Positions 1 through 7,753 of a stretch of DNA of 11,912 bases are shown here, one piece after another (the stretch's first letter is position 1; every line of letters starts with the position of its first letter). The notes beneath the pieces were generated by a model. That model made no database searches. It had not been told where the DNA came from and saw only the letters and a program-made list of their open reading frames with translations. The translations under genes and the position numbers were made by a program. The stretch is taken from NCBI GenBank assembly GCA_030649735.1, contig JAUSFL010000031.1, positions 1 through 11,912 on the forward strand, in the 5' to 3' direction. Source of the DNA: Candidatus Iainarchaeum sp. (GTDB taxonomy: Archaea; Iainarchaeota; Iainarchaeia; Iainarchaeales; UBA10191).

Positions 1-324
1 TTTTTGCGGATTTTAGGGTTTGTTCATGGCGTATTGAATGCTACAAAAACATTCAGCTACAAATACAATGGAATAGAATTTGCGTTGGTTAAAGTGCCAA
101 AATGGGGCAATTACTTCGAGGCCGAAATCCTCACAAGCAAAAGAAAAATGAAGAAGGCCGACGGAAAGCTTGACGCCGGACTGGAAAAACTGGGTTTAAA
201 AATAGTCAATGAAAAACAATACCACAAGCTTCTCAATGACTTGAACAACAGGCCTGGCTTCAGGTTTGATTTTGAAAAAGAAAGCTTTTCAAGAGTCAAG
301 AAAAAATTCAAGGAATACTTTTGA
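1..324 (+). CDS. CYTH-domain (triphosphate tunnel metalloenzyme / class IV adenylate cyclase-like) protein, 5'-truncated by window edge
   Basis: Frame is open from base 1 to TGA at 322-324. The translation ...ILGF...FSYKYNGIEFALVKVPKWGNYFEAEIL...LEKLGL...Y resembles the C-terminal half of CYTH proteins (LGF; Y-x-x-x-x-x-E-hydrophobic; G-x-x-F-E-x-E; LGL...Y). The N-terminal ExExK motif would lie outside the window. Confidence 0.65.
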   Translation, partial: FLRILGFVHGVLNATKTFSYKYNGIEFALVKVPKWGNYFEAEILTSKRKMKKADGKLDAGLEKLGLKIVNEKQYHKLLNDLNNRPGFRFDFEKESFSRVKKKFKEYF

Positions 325-332
325 GAAAAATT

Positions 333-818
333 ATGGCTCACAAAATAACGCCTTCAAGGCAGAAGTTCAGGGTTGCAAGGCAAGCAGTGCAAGAATTACT
401 GAAGACTTATGGAACTAACTTGAAGGCAGCTTACATTGCAGGAAGCGTTGCCTCAAATATGGCATTGCATGACTCGGATATTGATTTAGGGCTGATTTTT
501 GAAAAAAAGCCAAGCCTTTCAGAAATGGCTGAAATTGAAGCAAGGCTTGAGAAAATAAATCCAGCAATCCAAACGCCTGGCTTTTATGGGGCTAAAGGAT
601 TTGAAACAAGATTGAAAATCAATCGAGGATTTTTTGAGGGAATGCTGCCTGTTTTTGAAAGAGAAAAATACATCACTAATTTTGTAAGGCATTATAGGCT
701 AGCCCCAAACATTCTTTCAATAAGAAAACGATATATTGCAACTAAAGCAAACAGGATTGCAGAACGGGCAGAGTTCAAGCGTTCTGTTGCCGGGCGAAAA
801 CGGTTTTTGCCGCGCTGA
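333..818 (+). CDS. Minimal nucleotidyltransferase (Pol-beta superfamily, MNT-like), about 161 aa
   Basis: AYIAGSVA...DSDIDLGLIF contains the hG[GS]-x(9-13)-DxD signature. ATG at 333 is preferred over the TTG at 321 that overlaps the upstream stop. Both termini are basic. Confidence 0.8.
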   Translation: MAHKITPSRQKFRVARQAVQELLKTYGTNLKAAYIAGSVASNMALHDSDIDLGLIFEKKPSLSEMAEIEARLEKINPAIQTPGFYGAKGFETRLKINRGFFEGMLPVFEREKYITNFVRHYRLAPNILSIRKRYIATKANRIAERAEFKRSVAGRKRFLPR

Positions 819-821
819 GAA

Positions 822-1820
822 TTATTTTCTTCTTTTTGCCTTTTTCTTTGCGGGCCTTCGCGCTGGCCGCTTTTTCTCTGAAAGGATTCTCTTCACTGCA
901 GGCGCGTACTTCTTGAACAATTCCTCAACATTCGCGTTGTTCTTGTGGCCGCCTGCAAGGCTTGAAGCCAATTGAGTCAATTCCATTGGGAACAAGTACT
1001 TTGTTGATTTTCCCCTGCCCAAGCGCTCTAACGCGCGAATGTAATAGTAAGACAATGCCTTGTCTGAAAGCTTTTCAGCGGCTTCCCTGACAGCGTCAAT
1101 TTCCAGGCCGTGCGCCAGCGCCAATTCTCCCCTCGCGAGCTTTTTTTGCTCTGCGGCCTTTTGCTCGCTGAAAGCGTCGCTGATTTGCTTTGGGACAGTC
1201 AAGTTTTGTATTTCAACGGCTTCAATGCTTACGCCCCAAGAATTTGTGATTTGCTCGAGCTTTTCCTTTACTTCCTTGTTGAGTTTTTCAACGCTTGAAA
1301 TCAATTCTGACAATGTCAATGCCCCTGCAGCGTCTCTAATGCTTGAAACGACAAATTGCTCTGCGCCTTTCCTGTAATCGTCAATTTCCAAGACGCTCTT
1401 CATGACAGCGTCATTCTCTTTTTTCACGAACATGTAAATGACGGCGTCAATTGTGACAACTACCTTGTCCACTGTAATGACTTCCTGCGGTTTCACGTCA
1501 AGAGTTTGCGTCCTTAAGTCAACAAGCTTGGCGCTTTCAATGACTGGAATAATGAAAGTCCATCCCGGGCCTCCGACTCTCGAGGCTCTTCCGAACCTGA
1601 AAACAACAGCGCGCTCGTACTCTTTTAAGGTTAGCAAAAAATCATAGCGTGAAATCAGGATAATCACGAACAATGCGAAAAACCCGACCAGAATGTAAAT
1701 TTGGACTATTTCGCGAAAAATGAAAATCGCCGCGGCTGAAAGAAGCAGTATCAGGATAATGAGGACAAAAATCAGCTCTTTAAGCTTGTAGCTTTCCACT
1801 TTTCCGAGCCTTTTTGACAA
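822..1820 (-). CDS. SPFH / band-7 (stomatin/prohibitin/HflK-C family) membrane protein, about 332 aa
   Basis: Two N-terminal hydrophobic segments are followed by EYERAVVFRFGR...GPGWTFIIPVIE...VDLRTQTLDVKPQEVITVDKVVVTIDAVIY...WGVSIEAVEIQ and an Ala/Glu-rich coiled coil, which are classic stomatin motifs. Start re-assigned to TTG at 1820 because an SD-like GGGTG (1830-1826) lies 5 nt upstream; GTG at 1799 is an alternative. Confidence 0.93.
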   Translation of the reverse strand: MSKRLGKVESYKLKELIFVLIILILLLSAAAIFIFREIVQIYILVGFFALFVIILISRYDFLLTLKEYERAVVFRFGRASRVGGPGWTFIIPVIESAKLVDLRTQTLDVKPQEVITVDKVVVTIDAVIYMFVKKENDAVMKSVLEIDDYRKGAEQFVVSSIRDAAGALTLSELISSVEKLNKEVKEKLEQITNSWGVSIEAVEIQNLTVPKQISDAFSEQKAAEQKKLARGELALAHGLEIDAVREAAEKLSDKALSYYYIRALERLGRGKSTKYLFPMELTQLASSLAGGHKNNANVEELFKKYAPAVKRILSEKKRPARRPAKKKAKRRK

Positions 1821-1885
1821 AAAAACACCCTTAATTCCAGCGTAATTAATTAAATACCAAAGCTGCAATAATTAACTACTTGACA

Positions 1886-1893
1886 TATATAAA
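1886..1893. promoter_or_regulatory. Candidate archaeal TATA box in the divergent SPFH/DUF373 intergenic region
   Basis: Reads TATATAAA on + and TTTATATA on -. The minus-strand reading matches the archaeal TTTAWATA consensus. It lies in a ~90-nt AT-rich spacer between divergent genes. Confidence 0.45.
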
Positions 1894-1911
1894 TGTGATT
1901 GGGTTTTAAAA

Positions 1912-3141
1912 ATGGCTGACAAGACAAAAAGCGTCCTGGTTGTTGCAGTGGACCGCGATGACGATTTTGGAAGAAAGGCCAAAATCAGCGGCCCAATCTT
2001 GGGGAGAAAGGCAAACTTGAATGCCGCAGCAAAGCTTGCCTTGGAAGACCCTGAAGATTCGGACAGCAACTGCACTTTCGCCGCAGTCAAGAAATTCCAG
2101 GAGGCAAAAAAGCTTTACGCCAATGTTGAAGTTGTCACTTTGACTGGCGTTGGAAAATTCGGGCTTGAAAGCGACAAGAGGATTAACGAGCAGTTGGATA
2201 ATGTTTTGGAAAAATTTCCCGCAGACGCTTTCATTCTTGTGACTGACGGCGCTGAAGACGACCAAGTCATTCCAATATTGCAGTCCCGCGCGCCAATAAT
2301 CAGCAAGGAAACAGTGATTGTAAAGCAGGCGAAAGAAATCGAAAGCACTTACTATGCAATAAAGGAAGCATTGAAAGACCCTTTTTTGCAAAAAGTGGTT
2401 TTTGGAATTCCTGGAATTTTGCTTTTGACAATAATGATTCTGCCGACAATTGGAACCCAGCTGGTGCTTGGAGGATTTGGGGTTTTCATGCTAATTTACG
2501 GTTTTGGAATTTTTGACTGGGTTGCAGGAATTGTCCGGACTATTACAAAAAGCATTTCGACACAGCGCTCGAGCTTTCCATTCTACATTGCGACAGTGTT
2601 TGTTTTCGGCTTTGGAATAATAAGCTCTTACACGAGCTTTTACGCAAATCCCGCAATTGATGTCATTTCCGCAGGGATTGAGGCAGTGGTGCAATTGGTG
2701 TTTTTCACTTTCATTGCCTCGGAGCTTTTCATTCTTGGAAAAACAATTGACTTGATTCATTTCAAGCGTGCTTACAGGATAAGGAATTACTTCCTTTCAG
2801 GGATTGCAATAGTGCTCATTTGGTACATTTTGGATTCTGGAAGGAATGTGATTGTCCAAAAGACAGACTTGTACTCTTTCCTGATTGCAATAGCCATCAG
2901 CTTTGCCGCCTTTGCATTAAGCTTTAAGGTTTCTGAAGCATTTGATGTCAGGAAAAAAATCACAAAGCTCTTGATTGGCCTGCCAGTCTACAGCAAGAAG
3001 GGCGAATGGGTCGGAAAAGTCGAGGACATTTCCAAAGACAAGCAAAGCATTGAATACTCCTTAATCAAGGGCAAGGAAAAGGCAAGGGCCAAAAGAACAG
3101 AATTCATTCTCAAGGAAGGCAGGATACTGCTTTCGAACTGA
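1912..3141 (+). CDS. DUF373 family archaeal membrane protein with C-terminal PRC-barrel-like extension (409 aa)
   Basis: VLVVAVDRDDDFGRKA...PILGRKANLNAAAKLALEDPEDSDSN...ILVTDGAEDDQVIPILQSR...VIVKQAKEIESTYY is the DUF373 signature, followed by about 6 hydrophobic segments. The tail LIGLPVYSKKGEWVGKVEDI matches the PRC-barrel consensus. Confidence 0.92.
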   Translation: MADKTKSVLVVAVDRDDDFGRKAKISGPILGRKANLNAAAKLALEDPEDSDSNCTFAAVKKFQEAKKLYANVEVVTLTGVGKFGLESDKRINEQLDNVLEKFPADAFILVTDGAEDDQVIPILQSRAPIISKETVIVKQAKEIESTYYAIKEALKDPFLQKVVFGIPGILLLTIMILPTIGTQLVLGGFGVFMLIYGFGIFDWVAGIVRTITKSISTQRSSFPFYIATVFVFGFGIISSYTSFYANPAIDVISAGIEAVVQLVFFTFIASELFILGKTIDLIHFKRAYRIRNYFLSGIAIVLIWYILDSGRNVIVQKTDLYSFLIAIAISFAAFALSFKVSEAFDVRKKITKLLIGLPVYSKKGEWVGKVEDISKDKQSIEYSLIKGKEKARAKRTEFILKEGRILLSN

Positions 3142-3190
3142 CGCCGTTCAAACTTTAAAACAAAAAAAAGTCTGGCAAGAACTGATTTTA

Positions 3191-3206
3191 AGAAAACAAT
3201 TATATT
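3191..3206 (+). promoter_or_regulatory. Candidate BRE/TATA element for a leaderless transcript of the 3228 gene
   Basis: AGAAAACAA followed by TTATAT (3200-3205), which begins 28 nt before the ATG. No SD motif precedes the ATG. Confidence 0.45.
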
Positions 3207-3227
3207 GTACAGTATTTTTTTAATAGT

Positions 3228-5684
3228 ATGAAGCGCCCGCTTATCACTCTTGTTTTTTTCCTGCTGGCTTTAAGCACAGCCAGTTCTGCATTCACAATAA
3301 GCCAGGGCAATATTTTTGACAATTCAGGGCAAAAATGGAAAGGAAATGGCGTGTTTTACCTTACTAATTATGCGGACAATTCGGACAACATTCAAGAAAA
3401 CTTATCAATTATTACCGGGGCATTCAATGCTTGCGCAATTGATCCTTTAACCCCGAGAGAAACAATTCCAAACGACAAAAGAATTTGCTTATGGAATTAC
3501 TATGATAATGAATTAAACAAGAGAAAACAACTGGTAAGCGCAGAATTTGATAACATAAAAAATTCAGGATTTAATTCAATAACTTTAACCGTGGGATTTA
3601 TTTATAATACTCAAAAGATTATGCCTTCAAGGCCAGGCCAGCCGGAGATTGCAAACAGAGATTCTCTGCCACCTTATAGTTGTGACGGAATAAAGGATGC
3701 ATTGCGCCTTGCAAAAAGCAAGGGACTTACAGCAACTTCTTTAATGTTCAAGCCAGTGACAACTTTTAACGAAGGCCAATGCGATCCAATGCTTTATGTC
3801 GGGGAAATAAACCCAAGTTGGAAAATGTTCGGTGCCGGAAGCATTGGCTGCCTTGAATCACTAAGGCTTTGCGATTTTGCGCACAGCGATGTAAGCGATG
3901 CTTTCATTTCTTACGACATTTCATGGGAGCCGACTTTTTTTTGGGTTCCAGAATGGCATCCCACCATGCTTGAAGTTTACGACTGGCATTACAAGCATTG
4001 GGCGACTGGAGAATATATTGAGTATTCAATTGGTTGGGACACTCGCCCGGCTTTTCCCGCAACTCTTGCAGCATACAATCAAATCCCTTACAAGGGAGCA
4101 TATTATGCGTTCCTGAAAAAAGAATGGGAAAACTGGCTCATAACAAATTATGGTTCAGTGGATGCTGCAACTGTTGCTTTCGGACAGTTTGTGGGAAACC
4201 CTCAAGGCTTGCTTAATTTAATGGACAATCCATCACAGCCCCCAAACCAGGGAATTATTTGCGCTGAAAGCCCAAGCGTCTTGGCTTCTGCTGAAAGAAG
4301 ATTCATGAATGATGTTTTGAACGCAAAATACAAGCTTGCTGTTTCGCAAATAAAAAGCATTGATCCAGTCCATGCAGTAAGCACGAGGGCGGCAAGCAGC
4401 ATTGAGCCCAACTGCGCCTATTACATGCCTTACGAGCAAAGGGCATTGGCAAAAAACTTGGACATGATTCCAGAAGAACTTTACCAGTTTGGCCAGTTTT
4501 TCCTGCAAAACAACGGCGATTTCATTCTGCCAGGCTCAACAAGCCCTAATGCTGCATTAAACAGTTCTGAAGCTTTGCTTAAAGCAAAGGCAATAATGGA
4601 TTTCATTTACGGGTTTTCAAGCTTTAATGGAAAAAAGCCAGTTTACGCCCCTGAAGTGGGATGGCAATTGAAAATAAACAATGGCGGCAATGAAGACTCG
4701 CACACAAAATTTTTGAACTTGCTTTACCAAGCAGCAGCGCATTCAAACTTTACCAGCCTGACCTTGTGGGTTTACAGCGATAGTTCAGCGCACTATTTAG
4801 ATGTTGAAGGAGTTGATTTTCCAATCACTTTTAACGAAACTTCAGGGCCCAGGTTACGAAACAAGCCAAGAATTGCGGCAAACTCTCAAACTGCGCAAAA
4901 CTTCCTAACTTCAAACAACAATCCAACCCAAACCGTGACAATCGACTTGGACAAGTACGGGGACAGGCAAAAAGTGTACAGTGAAAAAATCAACGAAATT
5001 TATAACATTTTGAAAGCAAACCCTTCAGCCGTTGTCGGAGTGAAAACAGACTGCACTGACAGGAGCTCTACAGACAGTTTTGGCCTGATAAAATGCGTCG
5101 GCAACGCAGCAAACAATTATGCCTGCCCTTTGAAGTGCTTTAACGCGCAATTCAACAATTTGGAAATCATGAACTCAAACAACCAATGGCAAAAAATAAA
5201 AAGCGGGAATCAAGTTACCGTCAAGGCAAACTCGCCTATCAAGGCAAGGGCTTCTGTCGGAAACTTGACTGAAGGCGTTTGGAAGACAGCGAACGTACGC
5301 CTTGGAAGCATTGAATGGAAGCCTGACGCAATATCATTCAGAAAAAGCATTTCTTCAGATGTTCAAGCATTAGGAGACAATGATTTTGGAGAATTTGAAC
5401 TGCCCTCAATAAGCGCCACAAAAAAAGCATACTTTAGGATGGTTATAGAAAATGTCGCTTGGTTCGGGGAAGAAATACAAGTTACGTTAACGCCCGCTAA
5501 AACTATAACAAATGCCTGCCCTGACGCTAAAAAAGACGGAGTAATAAACATCCTGGACTTGGTGGCAATGGCAAAAGCAATAAACCAAAACGATTTGGCC
5601 TACAACCTCAATGCAGACACATCAACAGACATTGAAGACTTGCGCTTAGTGGCAGACAAGATAGGAATTAATTGCCAAAGTTAA
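3228..5684 (+). CDS. Secreted clan GH-A-like (GH5/GH42-like) glycoside hydrolase with Ig-like domain and C-terminal dockerin-like module (818 aa)
   Basis: Sec signal peptide MKRPLITLVFFLLALSTASSA. TIM-barrel motifs: EFDNIKNSGFNSI; ISYDISWEP (putative acid/base E234); WENWLITNYGSVDAATVAFG (GH42-like WLxxxYG helix); IKSIDPVHAVS; KPVYAPEVG (putative nucleophile E476); LTLW. These are followed by a beta-rich ARASVGNLTEGVWK...VRLG domain and a two-loop dockerin-like tail. Confidence 0.75.
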   Translation: MKRPLITLVFFLLALSTASSAFTISQGNIFDNSGQKWKGNGVFYLTNYADNSDNIQENLSIITGAFNACAIDPLTPRETIPNDKRICLWNYYDNELNKRKQLVSAEFDNIKNSGFNSITLTVGFIYNTQKIMPSRPGQPEIANRDSLPPYSCDGIKDALRLAKSKGLTATSLMFKPVTTFNEGQCDPMLYVGEINPSWKMFGAGSIGCLESLRLCDFAHSDVSDAFISYDISWEPTFFWVPEWHPTMLEVYDWHYKHWATGEYIEYSIGWDTRPAFPATLAAYNQIPYKGAYYAFLKKEWENWLITNYGSVDAATVAFGQFVGNPQGLLNLMDNPSQPPNQGIICAESPSVLASAERRFMNDVLNAKYKLAVSQIKSIDPVHAVSTRAASSIEPNCAYYMPYEQRALAKNLDMIPEELYQFGQFFLQNNGDFILPGSTSPNAALNSSEALLKAKAIMDFIYGFSSFNGKKPVYAPEVGWQLKINNGGNEDSHTKFLNLLYQAAAHSNFTSLTLWVYSDSSAHYLDVEGVDFPITFNETSGPRLRNKPRIAANSQTAQNFLTSNNNPTQTVTIDLDKYGDRQKVYSEKINEIYNILKANPSAVVGVKTDCTDRSSTDSFGLIKCVGNAANNYACPLKCFNAQFNNLEIMNSNNQWQKIKSGNQVTVKANSPIKARASVGNLTEGVWKTANVRLGSIEWKPDAISFRKSISSDVQALGDNDFGEFELPSISATKKAYFRMVIENVAWFGEEIQVTLTPAKTITNACPDAKKDGVINILDLVAMAKAINQNDLAYNLNADTSTDIEDLRLVADKIGINCQS
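5517..5675 (+). repeat. Dockerin-like module, copy 1 (53 codons, Cys to Cys)
   Basis: CPDAKKDGVINILDLVAMAKAINQNDLAYNLNADTSTDIEDLRLVADKIGINC aligns without gaps to 8777-8935 (offset 3260): 29/53 aa and about 104/159 nt identical by hand count, including an exact 17-mer GCAAAAGCAATAAACCA (5571-5587 and 8831-8847). Confidence 0.9.
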
Positions 5685-5693
5685 AAGAAGATT

Positions 5694-7664
5694 TTACGCA
5701 ATCTCCGGCTTTACAATATTTGCCAAGTTTATTTTCAACAGCTTTTTCAAGTCTGCCAAAAGCTTTGTCCTCGCATTGTTTTTTTCAAAAGCGTGCTCTA
5801 AAACTTCACTGAGGTTTTTTGCGGGAATGATTGTTATTCTTTCCAAGTCTGCCTTTGGCAGTACAACATCATCCATGTTTGAAGCCGGAATAATGACTTC
5901 CTTGAAGCCGGCCTTTATTGCAGCCTGCACTTTTGCAGTAATTCCTCCAACAGGCATTACCTCTCCTCGAACGCTTAAAGAGCCAGTCATTGCAAGGTCT
6001 TGCTTGACTGGAATTTGCTCCAATGCAGAAATTACTGCAGTCGCAACGCTAACAGAAGCTGAATCTCCTTCGACTCCGCTGTAAGACTGCAAAAACTGGA
6101 TGTGCAGGTCGTAATGGGAAACATCCTTTCCTGAAAGCTTTTTTATGATTGCTGAAACATTCTGCACTGCCTCTTTCGCAATTTCACCAAGCTTTCCAGT
6201 TGCAACGAGCTTTCCTTCGCTCTTGCTCATTGCGGGAGCGACTTCAGCCTCAATGGGCAAAATCATTCCGGCATCTCCGTCTCCAGAGACTGCAAGGCCG
6301 TTGACTCTTCCAATCATTGCACCCTTGCTCAAATAGACCTGGTAGTCTTTTCTTTCATCAAGCATTTTTGAAACCATTTGCTGCTCTAAAGTCCTTGCAG
6401 AATACTTTGCGAGGAAAACATCGTCTTCAGTAACCAGCAAGTGGCCTTTCTCTATTGCAATGTCTCCGGCTCCCCTAATCAAGCCGCCCAAATCACGGAG
6501 CTTTAAAGTAAGCTTGTTTTTCCTGCCAGCGCGCTGGCGTGCTTCAAAAATAATCTTTTCAACTGCTTTCGCGTCAAAGTGCGGGATTTTTCCATCCTTC
6601 TTGACTTCTTGAGCAATGAATTGGATTATTTTATTGCGGTTTTCTTCATTGTCTGGCATGTCGACATTCAAGTAAACTTCATAGCCGTAGCCGCGAATCC
6701 TGGAGCGCAGTGCAGGATGCACTTTTTCCAAATCCTCATAATTCCCTGCTGCAGCCAATACAAAATCGCAAGGCACTGGGTCAGTGCGGGTCATTGCCCC
6801 AGAGCTCATTTCGCTCTGGCCAGTAATTGAAAACTTTCTTTCCTGCATTGCAGTCAGCAAATCCTGCTGTGATTTTTGAGTGAGAGTTGCAATTTCATCA
6901 ATGAACAAAACTCCGCCTGAAGCCCTGTGGATCATTCCAGGCTCTACTCTAATGTGCGCTGGAGTTCCAAGGCCGCCACTTTGGAGCGGGTCATGCCTCA
7001 CGTCCCCGAGAAGTGCTCCAGCCCTTGCTCCTGTTCCTTCAAAGAATGGCGCGGATTTTTTTCCTGCATTGTCAACCAGCAATTTTGGAACCTGGTTGGA
7101 TGATTTGGTTTTCATTTGCCCGCCTAATGCAATTCCAATGAACAAGAAGCCGCCTAAAATCAGTGTTGCGGCATAAACCACGTCCGGAATCCACGCGAGC
7201 TTCCAAATGACGTATGAAAGAATGAACCATCCAATGCTGAGCAAGAAAGTCAAAAGCCTTGCATTGTCTTCCTGCGCTCGCGCGTCAGTGCGGAGCTTGT
7301 GGATTATTTTCTTTCCCTCGCCGGCCTTTACAATCCGGACTTTAGGAGTGTTAGGGTCCTGGCGGTTTGGGTATATTAGTATGTCATGCAATTGCTGCAC
7401 TGGCATTAGCTCTGACATTGCCTGCGCCAAAAGAGATTTTCCAGTTCCTGGCTTTCCAATAAGCAAAATATTCCTTTTTTGCGCCGAAGCCTTTTTTGCG
7501 ATTTCAACTGCCTGCTCTTGCCCGACAATTTGCTCAATAAGTTTTTCCGGAACTTGAACTTCAGCAGTGCTTTTGATTTTCAGGCCTAAGGCGCCGTCAA
7601 TTCCTTTCTCTTCATTTTTTGGAACAACGGCATTGGCGCTTTTCGCTTTTTTAGAATCAGGCAT
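5694..7664 (-). CDS. lonB: Archaeal membrane-anchored ATP-dependent protease LonB (656 aa)
   Basis: Walker A GKPGTGKS, two transmembrane helices inserted in the ATPase domain, [18 protein letters not shown], Walker [19 protein letters not shown], and a catalytic Ser-Lys dyad (VEGDSAS ... PVGGITAK). No intein seen. Confidence 0.97.
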   Translation of the reverse strand: MPDSKKAKSANAVVPKNEEKGIDGALGLKIKSTAEVQVPEKLIEQIVGQEQAVEIAKKASAQKRNILLIGKPGTGKSLLAQAMSELMPVQQLHDILIYPNRQDPNTPKVRIVKAGEGKKIIHKLRTDARAQEDNARLLTFLLSIGWFILSYVIWKLAWIPDVVYAATLILGGFLFIGIALGGQMKTKSSNQVPKLLVDNAGKKSAPFFEGTGARAGALLGDVRHDPLQSGGLGTPAHIRVEPGMIHRASGGVLFIDEIATLTQKSQQDLLTAMQERKFSITGQSEMSSGAMTRTDPVPCDFVLAAAGNYEDLEKVHPALRSRIRGYGYEVYLNVDMPDNEENRNKIIQFIAQEVKKDGKIPHFDAKAVEKIIFEARQRAGRKNKLTLKLRDLGGLIRGAGDIAIEKGHLLVTEDDVFLAKYSARTLEQQMVSKMLDERKDYQVYLSKGAMIGRVNGLAVSGDGDAGMILPIEAEVAPAMSKSEGKLVATGKLGEIAKEAVQNVSAIIKKLSGKDVSHYDLHIQFLQSYSGVEGDSASVSVATAVISALEQIPVKQDLAMTGSLSVRGEVMPVGGITAKVQAAIKAGFKEVIIPASNMDDVVLPKADLERITIIPAKNLSEVLEHAFEKNNARTKLLADLKKLLKINLANIVKPEIA

Positions 7665-7753
7665 GATTCAAATTGCATTAAAAAAGGTTAAAAATGCTTT
7701 GATTTTGAAAGTAAATAGTACAATGATAAAAAAAACTGTTTTCTGGTGGAATA
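7665..7753. promoter_or_regulatory. AT-rich divergent promoter region between lonB and rnz, with SD-like GGTGGA (7745-7750) before rnz
   Basis: 89-nt spacer between head-to-head genes. It contains several weak TATA-like words, and the functional one cannot be picked by eye. Confidence 0.4.

Noticed and set aside
1821-1868. N-terminal extension MQLWYLINYAGIKGVF of the SPFH ORF as given in the track
   Set aside because: It runs into the AT-rich promoter region. The TTG at 1820 has an SD-like GGGTG at suitable spacing and is the more plausible start.
1906-2391. 161-aa minus-strand ORF and other short ORFs overlapping SPFH, DUF373, lonB, rnz and the GH genes
   Set aside because: All lie antisense or out of frame within well-supported genes and show no motifs.
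3935-3942. T8 tracts in the secreted genes (3935-3942, 8856-8863) as phase-variation switches
   Set aside because: Runs of 7-8 A or T occur throughout this AT-rich window, including intergenic and housekeeping regions, and both frames are intact.
5694-7664. Intein in LonB
   Set aside because: Archaeal LonB often carries inteins, but the length (656 aa) and continuous motifs leave no room for one, and no splice-junction pattern was seen.
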